Below, in pieces: positions 19,386-28,918 of a DNA stretch of 64,000 bases (its first letter is position 1; the number at the start of each line of letters is the position of its first letter). The translations under genes and the position numbers were made by a program. Source of the stretch: an uncultured Candidatus Poseidoniales archaeon (GTDB lineage: Archaea > Thermoplasmatota > Poseidoniia > Poseidoniales > Thalassarchaeaceae); NCBI GenBank assembly GCA_964556195.1, contig CAZKVK010000001.1, forward strand, positions 1,180 through 65,179. Reading direction: 5' to 3'. The notes under the pieces are model-generated. The model had not been told where the DNA came from and searched no databases. It worked only from the letters and a program-made list of their open reading frames with translations.

Positions 19386-20255
19386 TTATTCGAACGATGG
19401 CGCCCTCCCCGTAGTCAATAATGAATCAACAAAGGAATGAGCTGCTAGGGTGGCCGAGCCTTTTTTCCACAATCTAGCGGCTCTCAGAATTTCCGAGGCA
19501 AGATCGCTATCCCAATTTGGGCCGATTACTCTATGCCAGCCCAATTCTTCCATCCTTGCAGTCGATGGAGTGGATTGAGAAAGGGCAGGCCGCATTAGAT
19601 GAGAAAGGGCTCTTGCTCTCCCTTCCATATCCAAATCTGGCCACCTAGAAGATACTGCCTCCAGGGCTAATTCCTCTATCCAAGGAGTGTTGGATAATTC
19701 GATTGAGGGGACTTCTGGAATTGTGGCGATTCTTGCGCTGCCTTCTTCGACCAACATATCCCGAAGTGTGGTGAAAACCGGATCGTAAGTTGTGTCTAGC
19801 GCTGAATGTAACCAATTCCCAGAAATCAACCACGGACGCAATCTCCGAACTCTTAGACCCTCAGGGGCTAATGAATGAGCGATAGCATGAGCCTGTGCAA
19901 CCGTTGTCAATGGTCCTCGTCTAATGTCACCCGATGAGGAAACCAATCCGTCTACCAGTGCTAATCCCAAACTTAGACGCGGGGGTTCTGGGATGTATTC
20001 AGGACCAGTGTCCTGCGCCGGGCCCAATATGTGAATCCAAGAGCCTTCGGATGGAGATTCCAACTTGAATCGGCGACGATAAGGTAAACCTAGGTCAAGA
20101 AAAGCGGCTTCAATAGGAGCAATGGAAAGGGCACCGATAAGAGAGGGTGCGGCAAGTAACATCACTGGACCCTGATGGGCTTGTAAACCAGATACTGCCC
20201 GGTTCAGGCTAGAGGCCACCGAGGTGAATGGTTCTGACTCAAGCAGTTGCCGCAT
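19386..20255 (-). CDS. Hypothetical protein, probable degenerate DHH/RecJ-like protein
   Basis: Directly downstream of rps15; N-terminal pattern VMLLAAPSLIGALSIAPIEAAFLDLGLPYRRRF matches the DHH motif-I scaffold without the acidic residues. Confidence 0.55.
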   Translation of the reverse strand: MRQLLESEPFTSVASSLNRAVSGLQAHQGPVMLLAAPSLIGALSIAPIEAAFLDLGLPYRRRFKLESPSEGSWIHILGPAQDTGPEYIPEPPRLSLGLALVDGLVSSSGDIRRGPLTTVAQAHAIAHSLAPEGLRVRRLRPWLISGNWLHSALDTTYDPVFTTLRDMLVEEGSARIATIPEVPSIELSNTPWIEELALEAVSSRWPDLDMEGRARALSHLMRPALSQSTPSTARMEELGWHRVIGPNWDSDLASEILRAARLWKKGSATLAAHSFVDSLLTTGRAPSFE

Positions 20256-20333
20256 CGTACCTGCTTGCTAGAGGTGGTTCAAATTCCCATCGCTTTGCGA
20301 ATATGCAATTGCTATGGTAGAGAGGAGGGAAAC

Positions 20334-20789
20334 TCATTCGACCATTAGGCGAAGTTGATCGCGCTTGTAGGTCCAATCAGAATCCAGTTTTCCTGTACCT
20401 CTGTAATACTTGGCCAAGCGACGAATCCTAGATTCGGTCAACTCTAGCTGACGGCGATTATGCAAGTCCTTGTGATTACTATTTAGATGGTCAATCATCC
20501 TCAATGCCTGACGCATTAGATTCATCATGTCCTCTGGATAACTCCCTCCGCTTCCATTTCGTTCTAGGGTTTGAGATATCCTCTCACCGGTAACCAACCT
20601 AACATCTGGCACCGCATGTTGGTCTCGAAGGATTGTACCAATCATTGCGTTTGAGTGACCCTCACCTGCCAACTTCAGAATAAGTTCCTCAACGGCCTTT
20701 TTATCGGATTCAGACCACTCAGGAGCATCGGCGACATTCGGCCTATCCGAGCCGCTTTTTCCCTTGCCTTTACTGTGCATTCTTGCCAC
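20334..20789 (-). CDS. rps15: 30S ribosomal protein S15 (uS15/S13e)
   Basis: MARMHSKGKGKSGS, IGTILRDQH, HKDLHNRRQLELTESRIRRLAKYY; GTG start with SD GAGGTG. Confidence 0.97.
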   Translation of the reverse strand: MARMHSKGKGKSGSDRPNVADAPEWSESDKKAVEELILKLAGEGHSNAMIGTILRDQHAVPDVRLVTGERISQTLERNGSGGSYPEDMMNLMRQALRMIDHLNSNHKDLHNRRQLELTESRIRRLAKYYRGTGKLDSDWTYKRDQLRLMVE

Positions 20790-20864
20790 TTAGGTCACCT
20801 CAAGCGGCTCGCCGAACTGCTGCCCCTCTTTAATCGCTACGCATGTCACCCAAAGGGTGTTTAC

Positions 20865-22670
20865 TCACAGGCGATGTTTGGCCTTGGCCAATCTACCCGG
20901 TCCATCCGGCCATTCCCACTCCGGTGCCTCAGCCCTTGCACTACCCCTCAAAATCCCGTCTTGGAATACAAGAATTTCATCTCCAGAACGAATATTTGGG
21001 TCGGACTTTGCTACATTAGTGGAGAATAAATCTCCACGCCAATCAAAATTAGAAACTAATTCCACTCTTGGTAAAGCATTGCATGCATCTAATTTAGGCA
21101 AAGCCGCCTTTGAGAAAGAAAATCGACCTGAGCGAGGATTCCATAATGCAATTTGAATTCCATCCTTTTCGATACGGAAAATTGGCGGCCTTCCACTAAC
21201 CTTTGTTCCTTCTAACCAAGCGTCAGTGCCGTGTTGGAAACGAGAGGCGGACTTCAGTTTCTCTAACCTGTGGATACTTTCCTTCGGGTTCGATAATTCG
21301 AATTCTTTACTGGCATCTTCTATTGCTTGTTGTAATCTGTCAAGAGAAGTCTGCGATCCGGCAGATTCACCTTGGCGTGTATCGATAACATGAATTTCTG
21401 GAATTACTATTTCTATTCCTGAATGATTTATGACTAATTCAAATCCATTCCTATTCGCATATTCCCCAACCATTTCACGGATGACTCTCAATTCATCTAC
21501 ATCCCAATCACCCGTAACCGGAATGTCGTAATGAGCTGCTGGCCAAAAGTCCTCTAATTCCCTTGGAACCAGCCCCAATGGTGCAGTAACCATGACTTCG
21601 TTGACAGCTCTTGTTGGAATAGCTCGTTGGAATCTGCGATGTGATTGAGACAGGCGATATGGTTTCTGAGCCGAACAAGGTAGCAAGACAATTATCTTGG
21701 TTTGATGACTTGGGGGGGTGTGCAATTGCGAGACTCGACGTCTCCAATCTCTAATGAGTGGGTCGTCCCTGCTTGCATAGGAGTGGCATAGTAGTCTAGT
21801 TCCTTCTCGAACTACGCTTTCTAGTCCTGCAGAACCAGCATCTAAGCCTGCCTTCTCAGCCATCATTGAATCGTGTCTGCGAAGTCTCTCAACAGATCTA
21901 GGACTAGACAATGACTGTCGTTCTGCAAGCTGACGAATTGTACCATCTCTGATGGCAGAACGCGTTGCTGCGAGGGCTCTTTGCCAAGCCTCAACTTGAT
22001 TCTGGAAATCGGCTTTCTCTCCTGCTGTGAATTCGGGTTCACGAGGTCCGTCTTCAGTTAGTAAGACTCCACGTGCGACTGCTTCTCGAGACCTTGAGAA
22101 GTCGAATAGATCCACGCCCATCCATGATAGTAAAGCGCAATTGTCTGGACCTCCTATACCAGGTGTCCAAATCAGGGAGGTGGTAAATCGACGTCTGATA
22201 GCATCGAGTGCCTCAACCAATCTACCAGGACGCTCTGCAAGTTGAGGTGCATCGATAAGGGAGACTACGGATGGTTCCAGCGCATCGTCCAATAAATTCG
22301 CATCATGATGAAGAGATTGCCAAGAAACAGGCAATAATTGACCTCCAATTGGTTTCTGTCCACTATCGGATTCGACTAGGCTAGACGGCAGGATTAGCCC
22401 TTCTCCTGCTTGCCAAAGTTCAAGTTGCCCAAATGGGAAGCATAAATCCCCCAGTACTTGCATAGACATTGTGGCTGGAATTGTGCTGGATTCCCTGTCT
22501 ATTCGTAATGCTGCAAATGATAGAGGTATTTCGGGATCCTCCAGAGAAACCACCAATCCAGGAGTCCAAGAGGATGGAGACGCTCTGTCTCCTAGGGAGA
22601 AAATACGTGCAAATCGCTGTCTTGCAACTACACTACGCGCCAGCGGCCGCTCTTCAGCACCCTCGCTCAT
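20865..22670 (-). CDS. arcS: Archaeosine synthase subunit alpha (TGT-like, DUF5591 and PUA domains)
   Basis: MGVDLFD, LLPCSAQKPYRLSQSH, TAPLGLVPRELE, YDIPVTGDW, C-terminal PUA (IRSGDEILV); start placed at ATG 22670. Confidence 0.85.
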   Translation of the reverse strand: MSEGAEERPLARSVVARQRFARIFSLGDRASPSSWTPGLVVSLEDPEIPLSFAALRIDRESSTIPATMSMQVLGDLCFPFGQLELWQAGEGLILPSSLVESDSGQKPIGGQLLPVSWQSLHHDANLLDDALEPSVVSLIDAPQLAERPGRLVEALDAIRRRFTTSLIWTPGIGGPDNCALLSWMGVDLFDFSRSREAVARGVLLTEDGPREPEFTAGEKADFQNQVEAWQRALAATRSAIRDGTIRQLAERQSLSSPRSVERLRRHDSMMAEKAGLDAGSAGLESVVREGTRLLCHSYASRDDPLIRDWRRRVSQLHTPPSHQTKIIVLLPCSAQKPYRLSQSHRRFQRAIPTRAVNEVMVTAPLGLVPRELEDFWPAAHYDIPVTGDWDVDELRVIREMVGEYANRNGFELVINHSGIEIVIPEIHVIDTRQGESAGSQTSLDRLQQAIEDASKEFELSNPKESIHRLEKLKSASRFQHGTDAWLEGTKVSGRPPIFRIEKDGIQIALWNPRSGRFSFSKAALPKLDACNALPRVELVSNFDWRGDLFSTNVAKSDPNIRSGDEILVFQDGILRGSARAEAPEWEWPDGPGRLAKAKHRL

Positions 22671-22731
22671 CGAGGCCGCTAACGATGCGGGTCGCTTGAA
22701 GCATTCTAAGGTGAAGTGGTGTCGGAGCGAT

Positions 22732-24852
22732 GTGCGAGAAGCCGGAGCAGGCCTATTGGCTGTGTTATTTGTGCTGGCTGCGCTCAGCGCTTCCGTCAGT
22801 GCAGACGATGATTCAGAGGTTGTGCTCTGGGAAGATTCGTTCAGTACCACTGGGCCTGTCTGGATCCAAGTTGAGTGCGTGAAAGTTGGCTGTCTAGGAA
22901 TGGAGCTCATTGTTTTTGCAGGTGGGGTTGAACAGAGTCACGAAGATCCTCATCTCGTGGAATGGTCGAGCTGGGCAGATGGTAACGTGTCCTGGAGACT
23001 AATTGTCGAATCCGGCACGGATTATTCGGATGTACGTATAGAAGTGATACTCAGCTGGATGGATGAATGGACAGAACACGAGGATTTGCCTAACATCGTA
23101 CCTCCCCCCGGAGGCCAAGGGAATTACCCTAAGATAGACACCGCTTCGCCGTGTCAAATGCACTTCTGCGGTGCGATAGATCTCATCTCCGAGGGAGTTC
23201 TGTACGTAGGAGCGTTGGAGAACGAGAGTGACAAGGACTCCGTTATGATTGCAGGAGATTCCGGAGACGTGATTCTGCTCAATGGCCTAAGGGGGTCTAA
23301 TGACATCGGTATCGAAATATGGTATAGAGGGACTGAGTCGAAGTCCCTCGTTGAAACTCTCGATAAGTCAGATATGGGGGGCTACTTTGAGTATCCCTCC
23401 GAGGGGGAACTGTGGATACGCCTTGTTCGCTCGACAGAGGAAGGATACTCGCCGTACGAGTTCGAGATTATTCGTTACGATGATGAAACCGAAGCCCCAG
23501 GTGGAGGGGAGTTGAGCAACCCGTGGATTCACGGCGAGGCCATGCCCTTCTACGGAGACTCGTCTCTACTCTACTACGGTCACATTGCCGGCTCAGACTC
23601 GCAGGGTGACTCCCTGCTCATAGCCTCCGGATCCAAAATGCGCCTCTTTCCACAATGTTCGTTCACAGATGATGTCGAGGTTGTAGTCACGCTACACCAA
23701 GTGGACGGTACGAGTATAGGAACCGAGAGCGGGTGTGGCGACGTGTTTGCGACTACAGAACACACGGTCTCAGTAGAATTTGGTCTGACGACTCAGGGTG
23801 TTACATCTGCTTGGGCCATCATGCTCAGTTCGTTGGGCCCTAGTGATGGAAATCATATAGGAGATGCCCCTGACTTTCTCTGGACTGAATCTGACGATCT
23901 AAGTCGATGGCCACTAATTGAATTCAACGTTAGCAACGGCGCAAGCATGCTAGAGGATGAATTTGTAGATGTTTTCGCTTTTGAGGTCACTTCGCCAAAT
24001 GGATCAAGATTACAAATTGATGGAGTTAATTCTCAACCAGTCGATTATCAAATTTTAGTCCTAAATCAGGAATCATGGGCTATCATGAATTCATCGGACG
24101 GAGGATTAATCGATGTGCCGCCCGGTATACACGCTATTCGTGTAGAAAAAATAGGTGAGGCGAGTTTGACCTATTATGAATTCAAACTGGAAAATGGTGG
24201 AGATGTTATCGAGATTGATCCAGATTTGTTCACCGATCAGTCAGACCTATTCATGGATTACTACATATTTGCTGGAGTTTTCCTTCTAGCCCCTGCCCTA
24301 TTAGTGATATTTTGGAATCGTAATCTTTGGAGAGATGGAGTTAACCAAATTGAAATTGAGAAGCATGAATTACGCAGATTAAGACGATTACGTGAACGCT
24401 TGACTGCGCTACTGGCGGAAGAGGAAATTAATGAACAAGTCATCGATTCTGCTCTTCATCAACTTGGAGATAGTCCTTGGCAGGCTGTAGTCGAAGATTG
24501 GGGGGAGCCTCTACTTAGACACAATACAGAACAAGTGGAAATTTGTGCTTGGAGAATTACTGAAGGACAAGCTACCATGTTACTTGGAATTCATATTGCG
24601 GACTCTCCTTGGGAGTTGGCGGCAATGCGAGTCTATGCTCCTGAAGGTACAAGCGTGAGTATTGCAGAAGTTTCTCCTAAACATCTCTTCAATGGAGATG
24701 AAATTTTCTTGGACTCTTTGTCTCCTCAGACTAGTACTTTCCTGAGATTGACCATTTCCGGAGAGCCCTCGAATATTGGATTCCATCTTTCAGGGTTGGT
24801 CGATGGGGAACCATTGGCTGCAGTTCCAAATCGAGCACTTGACTGGTCATGA
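22732..24852 (+). CDS. Hypothetical single-pass surface protein with PPC-like beta-sandwich domains and a cytoplasmic C-terminal domain
   Basis: Probable GTG start at 22732 followed by a signal peptide (LLAVLFVLAALSASVSA); acidic ectodomain; TM YIFAGVFLLAPALLVIFW. Confidence 0.75.
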   Translation: MREAGAGLLAVLFVLAALSASVSADDDSEVVLWEDSFSTTGPVWIQVECVKVGCLGMELIVFAGGVEQSHEDPHLVEWSSWADGNVSWRLIVESGTDYSDVRIEVILSWMDEWTEHEDLPNIVPPPGGQGNYPKIDTASPCQMHFCGAIDLISEGVLYVGALENESDKDSVMIAGDSGDVILLNGLRGSNDIGIEIWYRGTESKSLVETLDKSDMGGYFEYPSEGELWIRLVRSTEEGYSPYEFEIIRYDDETEAPGGGELSNPWIHGEAMPFYGDSSLLYYGHIAGSDSQGDSLLIASGSKMRLFPQCSFTDDVEVVVTLHQVDGTSIGTESGCGDVFATTEHTVSVEFGLTTQGVTSAWAIMLSSLGPSDGNHIGDAPDFLWTESDDLSRWPLIEFNVSNGASMLEDEFVDVFAFEVTSPNGSRLQIDGVNSQPVDYQILVLNQESWAIMNSSDGGLIDVPPGIHAIRVEKIGEASLTYYEFKLENGGDVIEIDPDLFTDQSDLFMDYYIFAGVFLLAPALLVIFWNRNLWRDGVNQIEIEKHELRRLRRLRERLTALLAEEEINEQVIDSALHQLGDSPWQAVVEDWGEPLLRHNTEQVEICAWRITEGQATMLLGIHIADSPWELAAMRVYAPEGTSVSIAEVSPKHLFNGDEIFLDSLSPQTSTFLRLTISGEPSNIGFHLSGLVDGEPLAAVPNRALDWS

Positions 24853-25989
24853 GCGGCGTCTGTCACGCGCTTCGTCGATTATGTCATCGGTAACCGATGC
24901 GCCTGTACCCAAGTCATCTCTCAACTCTTGTAGTTGCTTTTTCGTGGAGCGGGATAATTTGTCAGGCATTGCGAGTTTAAGCAGAACCATGACTGCACCC
25001 CTGCCTCTTCCGCCTCTTGGATAAGGCAAGCCTCGATTTGGAACTGTGACCGTCTCGCCAGGCTTTGATCCGGCCTTGATACTGACTTTGAGAGGGGAAC
25101 CATCGATGTGTGGGATCTCAATATTTGTTCCTAACAAAAGGTCGACAAAACTTACTGGAAGAGCCATTAACAAATCGGAACCATCCCTTTCAAACCAATC
25201 ATGGTCATCTACCTCAATTTCGATGTACAGATTACCGGGTTTTCCATTTGGATTCCTAGGGGATTCTCCATGACCACTCAATCTCAATCTTGTTCCACTA
25301 TCTATACCTGCAGGAACTGTGAATTTGACTTTCTTGGGCTGCTCTGCTCTACCTTCACCCGAGCAACTTTTACACGGATTTTGAATAATCCGGCCATCTC
25401 CTCCGCAAGCTCTGCAATCTTGTGTAACTTGTTGTTGAAAAGGACCTATTCTTTCTACTCTAGTAAGCCGGCCTCTTCCATCACATGTTGGACATACCCT
25501 AACTCCTTCAGGATTCTGTGAACCACTACCATCACAGCTTATACAACTATTGAGTACATCGATTTCTAGTTCCTCATCAACACCAGTGAAGGCATCTTGG
25601 AAACTAATTACGTGGCGAATAAGAAGGTCAGTACCTCTAGATGACCGTTGTCGAGAAGCACCGCCGAATAAGGATGAGAAAATAGAATCAAAACCACCAC
25701 CAAATAGGTCGTCAATGCTGATATTGACTCCTTGAAATCCTCCAGCTCCCCAAGGAGAACCACCTGGACGATCGTGGCCGAACATGTCGTACTTTCTTCT
25801 CTCATCAGGGTTAGAGAGAATAGCGTAAGCCTCCTGAACTTCCTTGAATTGCGCTTCCGCGTCAGGGTCATCTGGGTTCTTATCCGGATGAAATTCTCTA
25901 GCCTTTGAACGGAAGGCTTTCTTTATATCCGAGGCAGATGCTTTGCGGCCTACTCCCAAAACCTCGTAGTAATCCCTCTTCTGACTCAA
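24847..25989 (-). CDS. dnaJ: Chaperone DnaJ
   Basis: J-domain with HPD, G/F-rich region, four CxxCxGxG repeats, C-terminal domain; TTG start. Confidence 0.97.
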   Translation of the reverse strand: MSQKRDYYEVLGVGRKASASDIKKAFRSKAREFHPDKNPDDPDAEAQFKEVQEAYAILSNPDERRKYDMFGHDRPGGSPWGAGGFQGVNISIDDLFGGGFDSIFSSLFGGASRQRSSRGTDLLIRHVISFQDAFTGVDEELEIDVLNSCISCDGSGSQNPEGVRVCPTCDGRGRLTRVERIGPFQQQVTQDCRACGGDGRIIQNPCKSCSGEGRAEQPKKVKFTVPAGIDSGTRLRLSGHGESPRNPNGKPGNLYIEIEVDDHDWFERDGSDLLMALPVSFVDLLLGTNIEIPHIDGSPLKVSIKAGSKPGETVTVPNRGLPYPRGGRGRGAVMVLLKLAMPDKLSRSTKKQLQELRDDLGTGASVTDDIIDEARDRRRS

Positions 25990-26043
25990 GTGACCACCAC
26001 ATCCAATTGCTCCCGCGCGCCTGTTTTCAACCCATTGGACTGC

Positions 26044-26910
26044 TTAGAGGAAAGCGCCGCAACTACTACAGTATGCGGTACCACTATTGTTTACGGACCC
26101 ACAATCTTGACAGGGAATTACAGATTTTGCGAGGGATGATGGTACTGATGGTTGCCACTGGTTGCCTTCCTTCGCGTCCCAGTTGGTTTGGGGGGCTGGG
26201 TTTTTCACTGTTCTCTTTGCCAGTTCTTTCTCGGCTTTTGCAGCCGCTTTAGCAGCAATCTTCTCTGCCTTTGCTACAGCCTTGGCTTCCTTCCGCGCCT
26301 CTTTCTTTGCTCTCTTTTCATCTTTCGCGGCTTGTTTTTCTCGACGAGCCAATTCCTTTGCAAGGCGTCGCTGAGCGGAGGCTTCTGCACTGGCGCCAAG
26401 GGCGCCGGTGGGTTTGGTGAAATCTTCTAATTCCGTTGAGTCTGACTCAGGATTATATGAGACCCCTTCTACCTGAACATCTACTTCCATTCGAGAATCT
26501 GCCGAATCTAGTTCAATTTCAGCCCCTTCCTTATTCAAATCCGATATTCTTCCACTCATTCTCTTTTGGAATCGTAAACCTGCTCTTCCTCTTGGTTCGC
26601 TACGGGCTTGAGCCTCTAATTTTTCCAATGCAGCATCTCCTCGACTCCACAACCCTTTGTCTTCAAGCCGGTACATACTCGATAGACCCTTGATAGCACT
26701 GGAGCGATGATATTCGTGATCCTCAACTACTCGATACCTCAAGTACATGATTATGCCCAAAACTATCGCTATTCCGTGAATAATTGCTTGTGCAAGGATG
26801 TCTTGTTTGAGTAAATCCTCAATGTTTGGAAGACCGAATCTAAGAGCAACCACACAGATCGTAGGTGCTAGAAGCAATCCCGCGCTAATCAGCGGAGAGC
26901 GCTGTACCAT
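26044..26910 (-). CDS. Hypothetical membrane protein with Ala/Lys/Glu-rich coiled region and C-terminal zinc ribbon
   Basis: Two N-terminal TM helices, AKAEKIAAKAAAKAEK stretch, CQDC...CSSC; start placed at ATG 26910. Confidence 0.75.
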   Translation of the reverse strand: MVQRSPLISAGLLLAPTICVVALRFGLPNIEDLLKQDILAQAIIHGIAIVLGIIMYLRYRVVEDHEYHRSSAIKGLSSMYRLEDKGLWSRGDAALEKLEAQARSEPRGRAGLRFQKRMSGRISDLNKEGAEIELDSADSRMEVDVQVEGVSYNPESDSTELEDFTKPTGALGASAEASAQRRLAKELARREKQAAKDEKRAKKEARKEAKAVAKAEKIAAKAAAKAEKELAKRTVKNPAPQTNWDAKEGNQWQPSVPSSLAKSVIPCQDCGSVNNSGTAYCSSCGAFL

Positions 26911-27005
26911 ACTCGCGGCTCCCAAATCAATGGTTTGAATTATTCGTGAACATGGGAGCGTGATTATCCATAGCAATCATGACCTACACACATCCTCGGG
27001 TTAAC

Positions 27006-27524
27006 ATGGAACCGGACATTACAGTCTCTACCGTAGTCAAAACTCACGAGGATATTTTCCTAGTTGAGGGGTCGGTCAAGTCATTATTTCCTGATTGGGA
27101 TTGTGAAATTACTGCGGGCAAGAAAAATTCTCCAATTAGCCGCGAAGCTAGCGAACTTTCTGGGAAATCTAAATCCCTATCCTTAGTAATCGAGAATTGC
27201 TCGAAAAATCGGATACTAGATACTGCATTTGATGCGATGACGATGAATCTACAAGATGATTATACTCACTTTCAATTATCTAGACAGGCTGCATTTGTAG
27301 GGAAAGTCGCCTTTGTCGTTGATGAAATTCCGCTTGGAGGAGTTATGGAGGTTTCTTTGCAGGGTGAAGGTCTAGGTTTGTGGATTGAGCAACTAACATG
27401 GCATGAGGGAAGACATAACGTTCCCAGAAGTCTAGGTGACGACCTGCGTATGGAGCAAGATGGCACTCCATCCGAGTGGTTTGACAATAAAGGAAGAAGA
27501 ACAATGAATTCACATCATGAATGA
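27006..27524 (+). CDS. UPF0201/DUF54 archaeal RNA-binding-fold protein
   Basis: VKTHED...VKSLFP, RILDTA, LSRQAAFVGKVAF...PLGGVMEV match the DUF54 pattern. Confidence 0.7.
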   Translation: MEPDITVSTVVKTHEDIFLVEGSVKSLFPDWDCEITAGKKNSPISREASELSGKSKSLSLVIENCSKNRILDTAFDAMTMNLQDDYTHFQLSRQAAFVGKVAFVVDEIPLGGVMEVSLQGEGLGLWIEQLTWHEGRHNVPRSLGDDLRMEQDGTPSEWFDNKGRRTMNSHHE

Positions 27525-28495
27525 GGGATTCCTGATTTCATCCACTCTTCAATCAGAGGTTCGTCAGCGGGTAGCCACTTGACCGAATTTAGAGAGGATT
27601 GGTCTAACCAACTAATCAAATCGTGTTCCTTAGGGTCAACCGATTGCGGGTCAACAATACCACAATCCCAGATGTACAAGTTGACAAAGCGATCCTCGTA
27701 CTCATGTTTTACAAAAGCAACCCTTCGATTGGGATTTACTTTGACTCCCAATTCCTCGGAAATTTCTCTGCGTAAAGCCTCCTCCTCCGATTCACCGACA
27801 TCTATCTTTCCACCAGGGAATTCCCACCATCCAGACCAGACATCATCGGGAGGTCTTCTACAGGCCAGTATCCGCCCCTGAGAATCAAACAAAAGTGCAC
27901 CTACGACTTCTAACCTCGGTTTTGTTGCGAGTGTTTGGATAAGGCGCGTAACAACTTCTATTTGTCTTGTAAATGATACTTCAGTTTCAGGTGGTAAATG
28001 TACAAAAATTGCTGGAGTTTTTTCGGCCGCTGAATATATCGAATTTAATGTCCTATAGATTGTTTCATTACAGACAAATTCTCCTGCTGATTCACTCCAA
28101 ATAACATCATCTTCATTTTCAAATTCCTCGTCTAAAACATGCTTTGAAACTGTTGTTTCGTACCTTGATGGGCACCCCTCAACCACGACCTCATCAACCA
28201 ATCTTCCAGAGTTGTCTGCAATTCTGAAATTAGATTGGTTGTGAGCCCAACGTTCCAATGAAATTATCTTTCGTGATTCGGCTAAGCCCAATTGAATGAT
28301 AGCGTCAAATTTCTCTCCCTGATTAATTAATTCAGATACTCTTCGTGATCCCCCCTTATCACATGTCAATAATTCCGTTACTAATGAAATTCCAGTTATC
28401 CCATTAGATTCTACAGCCATCATTATTTTACTCGAAATATTCTCAATGTGCCCTCCGAATGCTGGAAAAGAAGTCAGTAGAACTCTCGGTTGCAC
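27515..28495 (-). CDS. Pyroglutamyl-peptidase I (C15) fused to a MutT-like Nudix hydrolase
   Basis: VLLTSFPAFGG, ISLERWA, AGEFVCNE, FVHLP; then WEFPGGKIDVGESEEEALRREISEELGV Nudix box and WLPAD. Confidence 0.9.
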   Translation of the reverse strand: MQPRVLLTSFPAFGGHIENISSKIMMAVESNGITGISLVTELLTCDKGGSRRVSELINQGEKFDAIIQLGLAESRKIISLERWAHNQSNFRIADNSGRLVDEVVVEGCPSRYETTVSKHVLDEEFENEDDVIWSESAGEFVCNETIYRTLNSIYSAAEKTPAIFVHLPPETEVSFTRQIEVVTRLIQTLATKPRLEVVGALLFDSQGRILACRRPPDDVWSGWWEFPGGKIDVGESEEEALRREISEELGVKVNPNRRVAFVKHEYEDRFVNLYIWDCGIVDPQSVDPKEHDLISWLDQSSLNSVKWLPADEPLIEEWMKSGIPHS

Positions 28496-28580
28496 GTGCC
28501 ACCGAAGGGCTCTCCGTAGTTGTGCCTTGCGTGGTCAGAGAATCGTCATATTCATTCACCACAGGCCCGACCAAGGGGTG

Positions 28581-28910
28581 ATGGGCGCGGATTACGTCGT
28601 TGAAGTCGTCGAGGATGATGAGGATGGCGTAGGCCCTCTCGGTGTCGTCAAAGTGATTTGGTACGAAATTAGTGGAGGTATCGGCCCATGGGGTGCATTG
28701 AGGCCATTAATCGCCATTGCTTTGGCCTTGGTACCCTTATTATTCATCGGACAACATTTCAATCGGCAACATCGTAAGGCTGCTAGCTGGTTCGCAGTTC
28801 AATTCCCTCTACTTCTGACTGTAATATTATGGCCTGTACTATACATTTGGTCCATAGGCGATGCATGGTGGGTTTCAAGCGGTATAGTGGCTCGAGCAGA
28901 GTCCAGTTAG
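28581..28910 (+). CDS. Small hypothetical membrane protein
   Basis: ATG 28581 after GGGGTG; hydrophobic helices; WSIGDAW motif; 8 nt upstream of trhO. Confidence 0.7.
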   Translation: MGADYVVEVVEDDEDGVGPLGVVKVIWYEISGGIGPWGALRPLIAIALALVPLLFIGQHFNRQHRKAASWFAVQFPLLLTVILWPVLYIWSIGDAWWVSSGIVARAESS

Positions 28911-28918
28911 GTGAGCGC

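Noticed and set aside
22471..22910. Long head-to-head overlap between arcS and the surface-protein ORF
   Set aside because: Artefact of longest-ORF starts; starts at 22670 (-) and 22732 (+) remove the overlap and expose a signal peptide
26210..26375. Ala/Lys-rich repeat as a histone-like or TolA gene
   Set aside because: It is a low-complexity segment inside a membrane protein, not an independent feature
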